Assembly (NCBI GenBank): GCA_034422835.1
Contig: DAOUJJ010000006.1
Span: forward strand, 64,799 to 128,798
Source of the DNA: Dehalococcoidia bacterium
GTDB lineage: Bacteria > Chloroflexota > Dehalococcoidia > UBA6926
Length of the DNA: 64,000 nt
Reading direction: 5' to 3'
Shown: positions 19,293 through 29,007 of the stretch, in pieces
How the letters are laid out: each line of letters begins with the position of its first letter
Numbering within the stretch: position 1 is the first letter of the stretch
Notes under the pieces: model-generated
What the model was told of the DNA's origin: nothing
Databases searched by the model: none
Seen by the model: the letters and a program-made list of their open reading frames with translations, nothing else
Program-made: the position numbers and the translations under genes

Positions 19293-20408
19293 ATGGCCTC
19301 AACCAACCGACAGGCGGCTTCGGACCTCGTTGGCAGTGTCCATAACGCGCTGGCATCCGGCGGTTTTCTGGGACGAGGAGCGCGTCTCCTTGTGGGGGTG
19401 TCCGGTGGCCCGGATTCAACCGCGCTGCTGGCGAGCCTCATTGAGCTGCGAGACGACTGCCGGCTTGAGCTGCGCGTCGTCCACGTGGACCACGGCCTAC
19501 GGGCTGAGTCACGGGGTGACGCGGAGTACGTGAGGCGTCTATGCGCCCGGTGGAATGTGCCCGGTAACGTGACGCGGGCGAATGTTAAAGAGCGCCGGCG
19601 GGCGGAGAGGTTGTCCGTTGAGGAGGCGGCGCGCAAGGCGCGCCATCACGCGCTGATGGACGAGGCTGCCGCGTCAGGAGCGGACGCCATCGTGCTTGGG
19701 CACACGGCGGATGACCACATCGAAACCGTGCTGCTGAGCCTGCTGCGCGGGGCGGGACTGCGCGGCCTGGCGGGGATGGCAGAGCAGTCGGAATCGCCGT
19801 TCACACTGCCCGGCGGGGAGCGCGTGCCGATCCTCCGCCCCCTGCTTGGCGTGACGCGGGCGGGCGTGATGGACTATCTGAAAGAGCGGCGGCTGCGGCC
19901 CCGGCAGGACGCGTCCAACGCGGATCCGGAGCATCTCCGGAATCGCGTGAGGCATGAGTTGCTGCCGCTGATGGAACGCATCCGCGGGGGCGCATCGGAC
20001 GCCGTTGGACGGGCATCGGAGGATGCCCGGCTCGCGCTGGAGTACGTGGAGTCGCAGGCGGACGAACTCTGGGGGGAGGCGTGCGAGATTGCGGCGGATG
20101 GGCAGTCGGTTCGCATCGACCGTGTAGTGATGCGCGGCGCGCACGCGGCGCTGCGGCACATCATCGTCGAGCGGGCGATCATATCGTTGTTGGGCTCGGC
20201 AGAGGGGTTCAGCCGGCGAAACTACCGGGATATCGACGCGATGATCACGACGGGCCGCACCCGCTCGGAGATCGATCTGCCGAAAGGGCTGCGCCTTGCC
20301 TGCGGGGACAAACGCACGGCGGCGCTGTCCGTCGGCGCGCGGATCAAGCGGCTGCGACGGGGCGTCATTGGAGAAGACTCGACGATAGAGGGTACTATTG
20401 AGGCATGA
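19293..20408 (+). CDS. tilS: tRNA(Ile)-lysidine synthetase
   Basis: PP-loop SGGPDS, followed by the HVDHGLR block. Confidence 0.9.
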   Translation: MASTNRQAASDLVGSVHNALASGGFLGRGARLLVGVSGGPDSTALLASLIELRDDCRLELRVVHVDHGLRAESRGDAEYVRRLCARWNVPGNVTRANVKERRRAERLSVEEAARKARHHALMDEAAASGADAIVLGHTADDHIETVLLSLLRGAGLRGLAGMAEQSESPFTLPGGERVPILRPLLGVTRAGVMDYLKERRLRPRQDASNADPEHLRNRVRHELLPLMERIRGGASDAVGRASEDARLALEYVESQADELWGEACEIAADGQSVRIDRVVMRGAHAALRHIIVERAIISLLGSAEGFSRRNYRDIDAMITTGRTRSEIDLPKGLRLACGDKRTAALSVGARIKRLRRGVIGEDSTIEGTIEA

Positions 20409-20737
20409 GCAGGCGACGAAATCAGACTCCGAGGCCGGGTCAGGGCGGCGGGCGCGATGGACGCGCCGGTCGCGGCGGCCAGCCAAATATGGGCGGGAAC
20501 CGGGCGGAGCGGCGGTCATTCCTGGAGCGGCTGCGCGTGCGTGAGGACGTGGCACCAGACGCGCCGTCGGGAATGCGGCGGGGGCAGCAGCGCGGCAACA
20601 ACAGGCCGCGACGCCGCGGCGAAGGCTGGACGTTCGGGCGCATATTCGTCCTGACTGTTATGGTTCTCATTGGCCTTGCAGTGGCGCTGAGCGGCTTCGT
20701 GGGGGTTCTCTCTCAAGGCGGGGGACCGACTAGCTAG
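20405..20737 (+). CDS. Hypothetical Arg/Gly-rich protein with C-terminal TM helix (110 aa), translationally coupled to tilS
   Basis: ATGA overlap with the tilS stop. The N-terminus is highly basic and the C-terminus is hydrophobic (IFVLTVMVLIGLAVALSGFVGVL). Could be real or GC-bias noise. Confidence 0.35.
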   Translation: MSRRRNQTPRPGQGGGRDGRAGRGGQPNMGGNRAERRSFLERLRVREDVAPDAPSGMRRGQQRGNNRPRRRGEGWTFGRIFVLTVMVLIGLAVALSGFVGVLSQGGGPTS

Positions 20738-20742
20738 CACGC

Positions 20743-20768
20743 TTGACATTATAGAACACATGTATTAT
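20743..20768 (+). promoter_or_regulatory. Putative promoter (TTGACA ... TATTAT) in a 30-bp AT-rich patch upstream of the Gp37/Gp68-TcmP pair
   Basis: Perfect -35 TTGACA at 20743-20748, with T/A-rich -10 candidates 14-16 nt downstream. Followed by a CCCCCTC...GAGGGGG inverted repeat at 20772-20800. Confidence 0.35.
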
Positions 20769-20806
20769 TCTCCCCCTCGCGGCGGGAGTGAGTGAGGGGG
20801 CGCGGC

Positions 20807-21550
20807 GTGGCATCGTCGATTGAGTGGACGGACGAGACGTGGAATCCCGTCACGGGCTGCTCACGTGTCTCCCCGGGCTGCGATAATTGCTACATGTTCG
20901 CGCTGTACCCGAGGCTGCACGCGATGGGCGTGCCGGGCTACGAGGAATCGGCGGACACGGTCAAGCTGCTGCCTGAGCGCCTCAATGCCCCGCTAACATG
21001 GGCCAAGCCGCGCCGCGTGTTCGTGAACAGCATGTCCGACCTGTTCCATCCCAAGGTGCCATTTGAGTTCATCTCGCAGGTCTTCGACGTCATGCGCCAA
21101 GCGGATCAGCACATTTTCCAAGTGCTGACCAAGCGGCCCGGCAAGGCAGCGGGATGGTGGGAGCAGTGCGGCAAGCATGAGTTCGGCGAGTGGCCGTCCA
21201 ACGTGTGGATCGGGACATCGGTCGAGAACCAGAAGTACGCCCCACGCCTGACTGTTCTTGGGCGGATTCCCGCCGACGTTCGCTTTGTATCCGCTGAGCC
21301 TCTGTTGGGGCCTTTGGATCTCACACACTGGCTTGAGAATGACACCTTGCAATGGGTCATCGTCGGTGGTGAGAGCGGATCCCGCGCACGACCAATGGAC
21401 GAAGAATGGGCAAATTCTTTGCAGGAGCAGACCCAAAATGCAAGGGTGAGCTTCTTCTTCAAGCAGTGGGGCGGCCGGCGGGGCAAACGCAGCGGGGAAG
21501 AGGCCATCCTGGCCGGCAGGACGTGGCAGGAGATGCCGGTCGCGGTTTGA
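20807..21550 (+). CDS. Phage protein Gp37/Gp68 family (DUF5131) with N-terminal three-Cys motif, 247 aa
   Basis: IEWTDETWNPVTGCSRVSPGCDNCY (C-x6-C-x2-C), then FVNSMSDLF, WVIVGGESG, FFFKQWG, all characteristic of PF07505. GTG start 6 nt after GAGGGGG. Confidence 0.8.
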   Translation: MASSIEWTDETWNPVTGCSRVSPGCDNCYMFALYPRLHAMGVPGYEESADTVKLLPERLNAPLTWAKPRRVFVNSMSDLFHPKVPFEFISQVFDVMRQADQHIFQVLTKRPGKAAGWWEQCGKHEFGEWPSNVWIGTSVENQKYAPRLTVLGRIPADVRFVSAEPLLGPLDLTHWLENDTLQWVIVGGESGSRARPMDEEWANSLQEQTQNARVSFFFKQWGGRRGKRSGEEAILAGRTWQEMPVAV

Positions 21551-21554
21551 ATCG

Positions 21555-22412
21555 ATGACCCAGCACCCTTCATTCGGCGGCCCGTGGACTCAGGAAAAAC
21601 TTGACATTCTGAGCCATTACTTGAATTCGTACACAACTGCACTCAAGAATTTTTCCTTTAACCTCATTTATATTGATGCCTTCGCCGGATCAGGTTCCTA
21701 TCAGATGGGCACTCTGGACCCTAACAGCCCTTATCAGGATTTTGACGACCATCGCCAAGGGTCTGCCAGGTTAGCCCTTGATGTCGACGACAAGCCGTTT
21801 GACCGACTTATCTACATCGAGAAGAATCCCGAATTTGTGACTTCTCTAAATGCAATAAAGCGCCAGAACCCTAAACGCTCTATAGATGTGATTGAGGGTG
21901 ACGCCAACGAAGAACTACCAAAGATTTGCGAGGCTATGGGTCCGAGAGACAGAGCAGTAATGTTCCTTGACCCGTACAAAACAGAGGTTAATTGGGTGAC
22001 AGTAGAAGCGATTGCGAAGACTGAAAAGATCGACTGCTGGATACTCTTTCCATTGATGGCGCTCACTCGAATGATGGATAAAGACGAACGGCCAAGTGAA
22101 AGCCTTTCGCTTGAACTGGATCGGGTTTTCGGTGAGAGACATTATTGGCAAGACAATCTCTATCGCCGCTCGGAGCAACAGTCGTTATTCCCGGACGAAG
22201 AACTTGTGGTTAGAGAGCCTCAGTATCGGATTGCTGAGGTATATCGAGACAGACTAGCGACCATATTTGCCGCCATTGCACCAACTAGACGCTTACTTGT
22301 GAACTCCCAGAACGCGCCATTGTTCGAACTGATCTTTGCTGTTGCTTCTCCAAGTCCTCGTGCAAAATCGCTAGCTATACGGATTGCTGAGCATAACCTT
22401 TCGAGCCCATGA
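21555..22412 (+). CDS. TcmP-like (three-Cys-motif partner) protein with Dam-like methyltransferase motifs, 285 aa
   Basis: Immediately downstream of Gp37/Gp68, the conserved family pairing. Contains IYIDAFAGSGSY (motif I, FxGxG) and VMFLDPYK (motif IV, DPPY-like). GC is ~48%, well below flanks. Confidence 0.7.
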   Translation: MTQHPSFGGPWTQEKLDILSHYLNSYTTALKNFSFNLIYIDAFAGSGSYQMGTLDPNSPYQDFDDHRQGSARLALDVDDKPFDRLIYIEKNPEFVTSLNAIKRQNPKRSIDVIEGDANEELPKICEAMGPRDRAVMFLDPYKTEVNWVTVEAIAKTEKIDCWILFPLMALTRMMDKDERPSESLSLELDRVFGERHYWQDNLYRRSEQQSLFPDEELVVREPQYRIAEVYRDRLATIFAAIAPTRRLLVNSQNAPLFELIFAVASPSPRAKSLAIRIAEHNLSSP

Positions 22413-22420
22413 CGCCCCCC

Positions 22421-23176
22421 TCACCTTACCCGTGGCCTGCCGCCGAAGCGGAGGCGGGCGAGGCCTTTGATGTCTTCCCAGGCGGTGGAGATGATCTTGA
22501 CCCTCGTGTCCGGATCTTCTTCCCACGCGACGGGGAAATCGGCAATCGGGTAGCGGTTTTTCTCGGCCAAGAGCAGCAGTTCGGTATCGAAGAACCACGC
22601 GTTGTCCTTGATGAGCGGCAGGAGATTGTCAGCGGCGCGTCGGCTGATGGCCTTGAAGCCGCACTGCGCGTCCGAGAACCCGCTCCAGAACACCGACTTG
22701 ATCATCAGGTTGTAGGAACGCGAGACGAACTCGCGCTTGAATGAGCGCGTCGTCTGTGCGCCCCGCTTGAGGCGGGAGCCAGTCGCCACGTCGTGGCCGT
22801 CCCTGACCGCGCCAAGCAGGTCCGGGATGCGGTTGATGTCCGTCGAGAGGTCCACGTCCATGTAGGCGCGGATATCGGCGTCGCTCTCGCTCCACGCCCG
22901 TTTGAGCGCCCTGCCGCGTCCCTTTTGCTCCAGGTGGACGACGCCGACTTCACCCTCAAACAGCGCCGCCAACTGATTCGCCACTTCAAGCGTGCCGTCC
23001 ACAGAGCCGTTGTCGGCGATAACGACGCGCCAGCGGTAGTCGGTTAGATTCTCGCGGCAATACGGCAGCAGGCGTTCAAGGCAGACGGGCAGCGAGTGCT
23101 CCTCGTTGTAGACGGGGATAACGATGTCGGCGGAGGGGCGCGATTCAGGCGCATCCGCGGCAGGAGTGTCCGTCAT
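22421..23176 (-). CDS. GT2-family glycosyltransferase (polyprenol-phosphate sugar transferase-like), 251 aa
   Basis: VIPVYNEE, DNGSVDGT and DxD (DVD) motifs. Confidence 0.85.
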   Translation of the reverse strand: MTDTPAADAPESRPSADIVIPVYNEEHSLPVCLERLLPYCRENLTDYRWRVVIADNGSVDGTLEVANQLAALFEGEVGVVHLEQKGRGRALKRAWSESDADIRAYMDVDLSTDINRIPDLLGAVRDGHDVATGSRLKRGAQTTRSFKREFVSRSYNLMIKSVFWSGFSDAQCGFKAISRRAADNLLPLIKDNAWFFDTELLLLAEKNRYPIADFPVAWEEDPDTRVKIISTAWEDIKGLARLRFGGRPRVR

Positions 23177-23185
23177 GACTGCCGC

Positions 23186-24745
23186 CTAGTGTCGGAAATG
23201 GCGGATGCCGGTGAATACCATTGCAGCGTTGGCTTTGTTGGCGGCGGCGATGACCTCATCGTCACGGACGGAGCCGCCGGGCTGCACGGCCGCCGTGACG
23301 CCGCCCGTGAGCGCCATCTCCAGCCCGTCCGCGAACGGGAAGAAGGCGTCCGAGGCCACGACCGCGCCCTGCACGTCGTCCCCGGCCAGTTTCAGCGCAA
23401 GCTCCACGCTGATGAGGCGATTCGGTTGTCCTGCGCCCATGCCGAGCAACGCGCCGTCTTTCACAATCACGATGGCGTTGGACTTCACATGCCGCGCCGC
23501 TTTCCACGCGAACCGGAGATCGGCGAGTTCAGCGTCCGTCGGGGCGCGCTCCGTCACCGTCTGCCACTCGCCCATCTCGCCCATGTCCGCCGCCTGCACG
23601 AGGAATCCGCCGCGCACCGTGCGGATATCCAGCGACGGCGTGGCGGCGGACGAATCTCCCATTTCAAGCAGGCGCAGGTTGCGCTTTTGCGTGAGCACCG
23701 AGAGCGCGTCATCGTCGTAGGAGGGGGCGATGACAATCTCATAGAACGCCTCGTTGATGGCCTCCGCCGTCGCCTTGTCCATCGGGCGGTTGGCGGCGAT
23801 GATGCCGCCGAACGCGGAGACGGGGTCGCCTGCAAGGGCGCGGCTAAACGCGGTGGCGAGGTCGGGCGCGGTGGCGAGGCCGCAGGGGTTGCCGTGCTTG
23901 ATGATGGCAACCGTGGGGGCGTCCGGGAAATCGCAGACGATGTTCCACGCGGCGTCCGCGTCAAGGATGTTGTTGAAGGACATCTCACGGCCATGGACCT
24001 GGCGCGCGGACGGGATGCCCTGCGCGGGGCGGCCCGGGTCGTTGACGCGGTAGAGCCCGCCCGCCTGGTGGGGATTCTCACCGTAGCGGAGCGACTGAAT
24101 GGATTGGAGAGCCAGCACCCGCTCTGCGGGGAGTGCGGCAGCCTCATCGTCCATGCCGGCGGCGCCCAAGTCCCGCGCGAGGTAGTTGGCGATGATCGTG
24201 TCATAGGCGGAGACGTGCTCAAATGCCTTGCGGGCAAGGCGACGGCGCTCGGCGACGGGGACGACGCCTGCGCGCAGCATCTCCAGCACCTGCGCGTAAT
24301 CGGCGGGGTCAATCAGGACGATGACGGCGGGGAAATTCTTGGCGGCGGCGCGGACCATCGTCGGGCCGCCGATGTCGATCTGCTCCAGCGCGTCCATGAG
24401 CGTCACGTCCGGCTTCGAAACGGTCTCCGCGAAGGGATAGAGATTGACGGCGATGAGGTCGATGGTGCCGATTCCATGCTCCTCCATCTGCGCCACGTGA
24501 GCCGGCTCCTCGCGCTTGGCGAGAATGCCGCCGTGGACGCGGGGATGGAGCGTCTTGACGCGGCCATCGAGTATCTCCGGGAAGCCCGTCAGGTCCTCGA
24601 TGTGACGCGCGTCGACGCCAGCGCCTGTCAGGAAGCGATGGGTGCCGCCTGTCGCGTACACCTCCCACCCGAGATCGGTCAGTCCGTGCGCGAGATCGTC
24701 CGCGCCGTCCTTGTTCGATGGGGCGATGATTGCTCGAAACGTCAT
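23186..24745 (-). CDS. purH: Bifunctional AICAR transformylase / IMP cyclohydrolase
   Basis: MGS-like N-terminal domain plus AICARFT domain, 519 aa. ATGA-coupled to purM. Confidence 0.97.
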   Translation of the reverse strand: MTFRAIIAPSNKDGADDLAHGLTDLGWEVYATGGTHRFLTGAGVDARHIEDLTGFPEILDGRVKTLHPRVHGGILAKREEPAHVAQMEEHGIGTIDLIAVNLYPFAETVSKPDVTLMDALEQIDIGGPTMVRAAAKNFPAVIVLIDPADYAQVLEMLRAGVVPVAERRRLARKAFEHVSAYDTIIANYLARDLGAAGMDDEAAALPAERVLALQSIQSLRYGENPHQAGGLYRVNDPGRPAQGIPSARQVHGREMSFNNILDADAAWNIVCDFPDAPTVAIIKHGNPCGLATAPDLATAFSRALAGDPVSAFGGIIAANRPMDKATAEAINEAFYEIVIAPSYDDDALSVLTQKRNLRLLEMGDSSAATPSLDIRTVRGGFLVQAADMGEMGEWQTVTERAPTDAELADLRFAWKAARHVKSNAIVIVKDGALLGMGAGQPNRLISVELALKLAGDDVQGAVVASDAFFPFADGLEMALTGGVTAAVQPGGSVRDDEVIAAANKANAAMVFTGIRHFRH

Positions 24746-25782
24746 TCGCGCTCCATTCGGAGGATGATCTGATCGCCATCCGGCGGGCGTTCTTCAATTG
24801 TGCCGATCTGCGCGCTGCCCTCCATGGCGGACATCACCATCGGCGCGTCCTGCGGGCGTACGACGGCGACCATCCCCATGCCCATGTTGAACACGTCATA
24901 CATCTCTGTCAGCGGGATTTCGCCGCGACTGCTGATGAGACGAAAGATGGGGGGCACAGTCCACGCGCCGCAGTCGACGACAGCCTGCAGGTTATCCGGC
25001 AGGACGCGCGGCACGTTTTCCGCGTAGCCGCCGCCCGTGATATGGGCGAGCCCGCGGACACGCCGCCGCATCGGCTTCAGTTCCTGATAATAGGGCCGGT
25101 GGACGGCCAACAACGCCTCAGCGACTGTCTTGCCGTCGAGTTCAGGCGGTCTTTCGTCAAGGTTCTCAGGGTGATCATCAAGATCAAAGACGCGGCGGGC
25201 CAACGAGTAGCCGTTGGTGTGGAGGCCCGTTGAGGGCAGGCCGACGAGGACGTCACCCGCGCGGATGCCCGTCCCGTCAATGAGGTCCCAGCGCTCCACC
25301 GCGCCAACGATGAATCCGGCGACATCATAGTGGCCCTCACGGTATGTGCCGGGCATCTCGGCAGTTTCGCCGCCGATGAGAGCGATGCCGGCAGCGCTGC
25401 ACGCCTCCGCAATGCCCCGCACGATGTCAGCGGCATCCTGTGGATTGAGACTTTCGGCGGCGATGTAGTCCAGGAAGAAGAGCGGATCGGCGCCCTGCAC
25501 CCAGATATCGTTGATGCAGTGATTCACCAGATCCGCGCCAATGCTCGCGAACGATCCGGCCTGCTTGGCGATGTTGATCTTGGTGCCCACGCCGTCGGCG
25601 CTGGCAACGAGTATCGGCTCACGGTAGGAATCCAGCTTGAAAAGTCCGCCAAAGCCGCCGATGTCGCCCAAAACGCGGTTGTTATACGTGGACTGAGCGA
25701 ATGGGCGCATCAGGCGCACGGCCTCTTGCCCCGCGCCGATGTTCACACCGGCTGCCGCGTAGCTCGACTCCGAATCAGACAC
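24742..25782 (-). CDS. purM: Phosphoribosylformylglycinamidine cyclo-ligase
   Basis: AIR synthase motifs (SYAAAGVNIGAG, DGVGTK, GGETAEMPG). A GTG start overlapping the purF stop gives a 347-aa product. The ORF-track start at 25959 would overlap purF by 185 nt. Confidence 0.9.
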   Translation of the reverse strand: MSDSESSYAAAGVNIGAGQEAVRLMRPFAQSTYNNRVLGDIGGFGGLFKLDSYREPILVASADGVGTKINIAKQAGSFASIGADLVNHCINDIWVQGADPLFFLDYIAAESLNPQDAADIVRGIAEACSAAGIALIGGETAEMPGTYREGHYDVAGFIVGAVERWDLIDGTGIRAGDVLVGLPSTGLHTNGYSLARRVFDLDDHPENLDERPPELDGKTVAEALLAVHRPYYQELKPMRRRVRGLAHITGGGYAENVPRVLPDNLQAVVDCGAWTVPPIFRLISSRGEIPLTEMYDVFNMGMGMVAVVRPQDAPMVMSAMEGSAQIGTIEERPPDGDQIILRMERE

Positions 25783-27196
25783 GCAGGGGGAGCCGCTCCA
25801 ACGCAAATTTATCAAGCTCAACCTGGACAGGGACGGTGTATTCACCCGTGAAGCACGCTGTGCAGAAACCCGGCCCTTCCTGGGCGACGGACGTGTACAG
25901 GCTCGGGACATCAAGGAATCCGAGGCTGTCAACGCCGAGCTCGTCACGAACCTCTTCAACGCTGCGGTCCGACGCGAGCAACTCGGCCCGGTTCGGCATA
26001 TCGATGCCGTAGTGGCAGGGATAGCGGATGGGTGGGGCGCAGACGCGGAGATGAATCTCCTTCGCCCCGGCGCTGCGGAGCAGGTCGATCAGGTGACGCG
26101 TCGTTGTGCCCCGCACGATGCTGTCGTCCACGATCACCAGACGCTTACCCTCGATGACCTCTCGTAGAGGGGTCAGCTTGAGGCGGACGCCCTCGTCGCG
26201 GAGGCGCTGATCGGGTTGAATGAATGTGCGGCCAACATAGCGGTTCTTGACCAGCGTCTCGTAGAACGGGATGCCGGAGCCGTGCGCGTAGCCGATGCCG
26301 GCTGCGTTGGCGGAGTCCGGAACGGCGCTGACGATGTCCGCCTCGACCGGGTGCATCCGCGCCAGTTCTTTGCCCATCGCCTCGCGGCTCAGATAGACGC
26401 GCCGACCTTCCAGAACGGAGTCGGGGCGTGAGAAGTAGATGTGCTCAAAGATGCAGAGGGATCGCGCCTCACGGCGTCCAAACGTGGAATGAAGACCGGT
26501 TGAGTCGATGCGCACTATTTCGCCGGGCTCCACGTCCCGAACGAACTCTGCGCCTACGTTCTCCAGAGCGCACGTCTCAGAAGCGGCCATATAGCCGGAC
26601 TCGCCGACACGTCCAAGGCTTAGCGGGCGGAATCCGTGCGGATCCCGAACGGCATAGACGGCGTCCTTGGTGAGGATGGTCAGGCTGTACGCGCCCTCAA
26701 GTCGGAGCATTGCCGCCGTGATCTTCTCCTCCCATGTTTCGCCGGGGAGGACGGCGATGAGTTGGGCGATAACTTCGGAATCGGTGGACGTGACGAACTG
26801 CGCGCCGAGTTCAAGCGCCTCCTCCCGCAGGAGTTCGGCATTGACCACGTTGCCGTTGTGCGCGATGAGGACTTCTCCGAGGGGGCCGTTGGCCGGAATG
26901 GGCTGGGCATTGGCGAGCGTGGAGCTGCCGGTGGTGGAGTAGCGGGTGTGGCCGATAGCGAGTTTGCCGGGGATGACGTTCAGGGTGTGCTCATCGAAAA
27001 CACGGTTGACGAGGCCAAGCCCGCGGTAGAGGTGGAGTTCCTGGTTGTCGTCAGAAGCGGCGATGCCGGCGCTTTCCTGGCCGCGGTGCTGGAGGGAAAA
27101 GATACCGAAAAAGGCAGCCCGAGCGGCGTCACCGCCCGGTAGGTAGATGCCAACGACGCCGCAAGCGTCGTGCAACTTGTCGTCGTCCACTCTCAC
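25775..27196 (-). CDS. purF: Amidophosphoribosyltransferase
   Basis: N-terminal CGVVG (Ntn Cys), PRTase domain, C-terminal Cys cluster; 473 aa. Confidence 0.95.
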   Translation of the reverse strand: MRVDDDKLHDACGVVGIYLPGGDAARAAFFGIFSLQHRGQESAGIAASDDNQELHLYRGLGLVNRVFDEHTLNVIPGKLAIGHTRYSTTGSSTLANAQPIPANGPLGEVLIAHNGNVVNAELLREEALELGAQFVTSTDSEVIAQLIAVLPGETWEEKITAAMLRLEGAYSLTILTKDAVYAVRDPHGFRPLSLGRVGESGYMAASETCALENVGAEFVRDVEPGEIVRIDSTGLHSTFGRREARSLCIFEHIYFSRPDSVLEGRRVYLSREAMGKELARMHPVEADIVSAVPDSANAAGIGYAHGSGIPFYETLVKNRYVGRTFIQPDQRLRDEGVRLKLTPLREVIEGKRLVIVDDSIVRGTTTRHLIDLLRSAGAKEIHLRVCAPPIRYPCHYGIDMPNRAELLASDRSVEEVRDELGVDSLGFLDVPSLYTSVAQEGPGFCTACFTGEYTVPVQVELDKFALERLPLRV

Positions 27197-27307
27197 CTAC
27201 CGGTGAACATCAGGTCCGGCTCCCCGGGCGCTGTCCAAGCGAAACAAAATCAAGGATACCAAACCTCAGGTCAGAACGCACGCCAAAATGAGGTCCCTTG
27301 AGGCGCT

Positions 27308-28501
27308 CTAGCCCGCCACGGCTGCGATGGCGTCCTCCAGGATGGCAACGCCCTTGTCCATGTCCTCATCCGTCAGTATGAGGGGCGGCATGAGGCGGAG
27401 GGCGTTGGGGCGCACGCGGTTGACCAACATGCCGCGCTCAAGGCAGGCCGTGAGCACGTCGCCCGCGATCTCATCCGTGAACTGCACGGCCGCAAGCAGT
27501 CCCATGCCGCGCACCTCGGCAATCGACGAGTGACGGTCAGCGAGGCCCTTGAGAGCGCCAAGCAGCCGCTCGCCCGAGACCCGAACCCGGCCGGGGATGT
27601 CTTCCGCCAACACGGTACGAATCACGGCGCGGGCGGCGGCCGTCGTGAGGACGTTGCCGCCGTACGTGGAGCCGTGGTCGCCGTATGTGAGCGCGTCCGC
27701 GTGATCCTTGGTCAGGAACGCGCCGATGGGCACGCCGCCGCCGAGTCCTTTCGCCAGCGACATCACGTCAGGCTCGACTCCAAATGCCTGGTAACCGAAG
27801 AGGTGTCCAAGCCTGCCGACACCCGTCTGAACTTCATCCAGGATCAACAGGAGGTTGTTCTCGTCGCACCATGCGCGGACGGCGGGCAGATAGTCGGGAT
27901 CGGGAACGTTGACGCCGCCCTCACCCTGCACCGGCTCCAGCATCACGGCGACGGTGCGCTCCGTGGTGGCCTCACGTATGGCGGCCATGTCATTGAACGG
28001 GACGTGAACGAAACCGGGTGTGAGCGGCTTGAAACCTTCCTGGTAGTGCGGTTGGCCGGTGGCGGCAACGGTGGTCATCGTGCGGCCATGGAACGATTCA
28101 AGCGCGGTGATGATCTCATAAGCGCCGTCCTTGTGGAGCGCGCCATAGCGGCGGGCGACCTTGATCGCGCCCTCCACGGCCTCCGCGCCGCTGTTGCAGA
28201 AGAAGACGCGGTCCATGCAGGAATTATCGATGAGGAGCTGCGCAAGCTCAATCTGCGGAACGGTGTAGAAGGCGTTGGACGTCTGAATCAGGGTGGCGGC
28301 TTGCTCCGCGATTGCCTCTGTCATCGCCGGATGGGAGTGCCCCAGCGTGGCTGTTGCCCATCCACCCACGAAGTCCAGGTACTCCTTCCCCTTGTCATCC
28401 CACACGGTGCTGTCTTTACCGCGCACGAGGGTTACCGGAACACGGCGAACCGTCTGCATGTAATAGTCGGACTCTACCTGTTGCCAGTCTTTAGTCGTCA
28501 T
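27308..28501 (-). CDS. argD: Acetylornithine aminotransferase (class III PLP aminotransferase)
   Basis: ArgD-like sequence with the PLP-Lys region (LAKGLGGGVPIGAF). ATG at 28501 sits 6 nt after GGAGAG and gives 397 aa. The ORF track's upstream extension is unsupported. Confidence 0.88.
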   Translation of the reverse strand: MTTKDWQQVESDYYMQTVRRVPVTLVRGKDSTVWDDKGKEYLDFVGGWATATLGHSHPAMTEAIAEQAATLIQTSNAFYTVPQIELAQLLIDNSCMDRVFFCNSGAEAVEGAIKVARRYGALHKDGAYEIITALESFHGRTMTTVAATGQPHYQEGFKPLTPGFVHVPFNDMAAIREATTERTVAVMLEPVQGEGGVNVPDPDYLPAVRAWCDENNLLLILDEVQTGVGRLGHLFGYQAFGVEPDVMSLAKGLGGGVPIGAFLTKDHADALTYGDHGSTYGGNVLTTAAARAVIRTVLAEDIPGRVRVSGERLLGALKGLADRHSSIAEVRGMGLLAAVQFTDEIAGDVLTACLERGMLVNRVRPNALRLMPPLILTDEDMDKGVAILEDAIAAVAG

Positions 28502-28623
28502 GTGATTCTCTCCATTACCGCCGGTGAACATAAAGGAGGCAGTGAATGCCCCTTGCGACGTTTCCGTATAAGCTATCGTACCGCTTAGGGACGCAAGTCG
28601 ATAGGGTGCGCCCACCGGAGGAC

Positions 28624-29004
28624 ATGATGACGGAACCTGTACTCAATGAGCCTTTCAGCCTGTTCAACACCGGCGCGTTGCTTGGTGACAATCGCAAAAT
28701 CTCGGCGCTCGACCCCGGCGACAGCCCTGCAGGCGGTTGGGTTGTAAGCGTGCAGCATGTCGCCGAGTCATGGACAGAGTGGCGGCGTCATGCCGACGGC
28801 GATGTGTTCCTGTTCCTGCTGTGGGGCGCGGCGGTTGTGCTAACTGCCGACGACTCCGTGGAAGACGCAGCTTCCAATGACCTCAAGGCGGCCGGCGCGT
28901 TCATCGTGCCTTCCGGGACATGGCACCGCGTGACGGTGGAGGAACCGGCAAACTTGCTGACTGCCGTGCGGACAGGTGATATCGAAAGTCGGTCCGCCAG
29001 TTAG
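28624..29004 (+). CDS. Cupin-domain protein, ~126 aa
   Basis: Small beta-barrel-like sequence with two His clusters. The ATG follows GGAGGA. Weak family assignment. Confidence 0.45.
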   Translation: MMTEPVLNEPFSLFNTGALLGDNRKISALDPGDSPAGGWVVSVQHVAESWTEWRRHADGDVFLFLLWGAAVVLTADDSVEDAASNDLKAAGAFIVPSGTWHRVTVEEPANLLTAVRTGDIESRSAS

Positions 29005-29007
29005 TCG

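Noticed and set aside
25783-25959. N-terminal extension of purM overlapping purF
   Set aside because: The AIR-synthase N-terminus (SYAAAGVNI) begins at the GTG overlapping the purF stop. The extension has no homology.
27197-27307. Possible purine/ZTP riboswitch in the purF 5' leader
   Set aside because: No match by eye to purine-riboswitch (UAUA...GGGA...CUACC) or ZTP (GGGUCGUGAC...CCGGG...GGAGCGCCACC) consensus elements.
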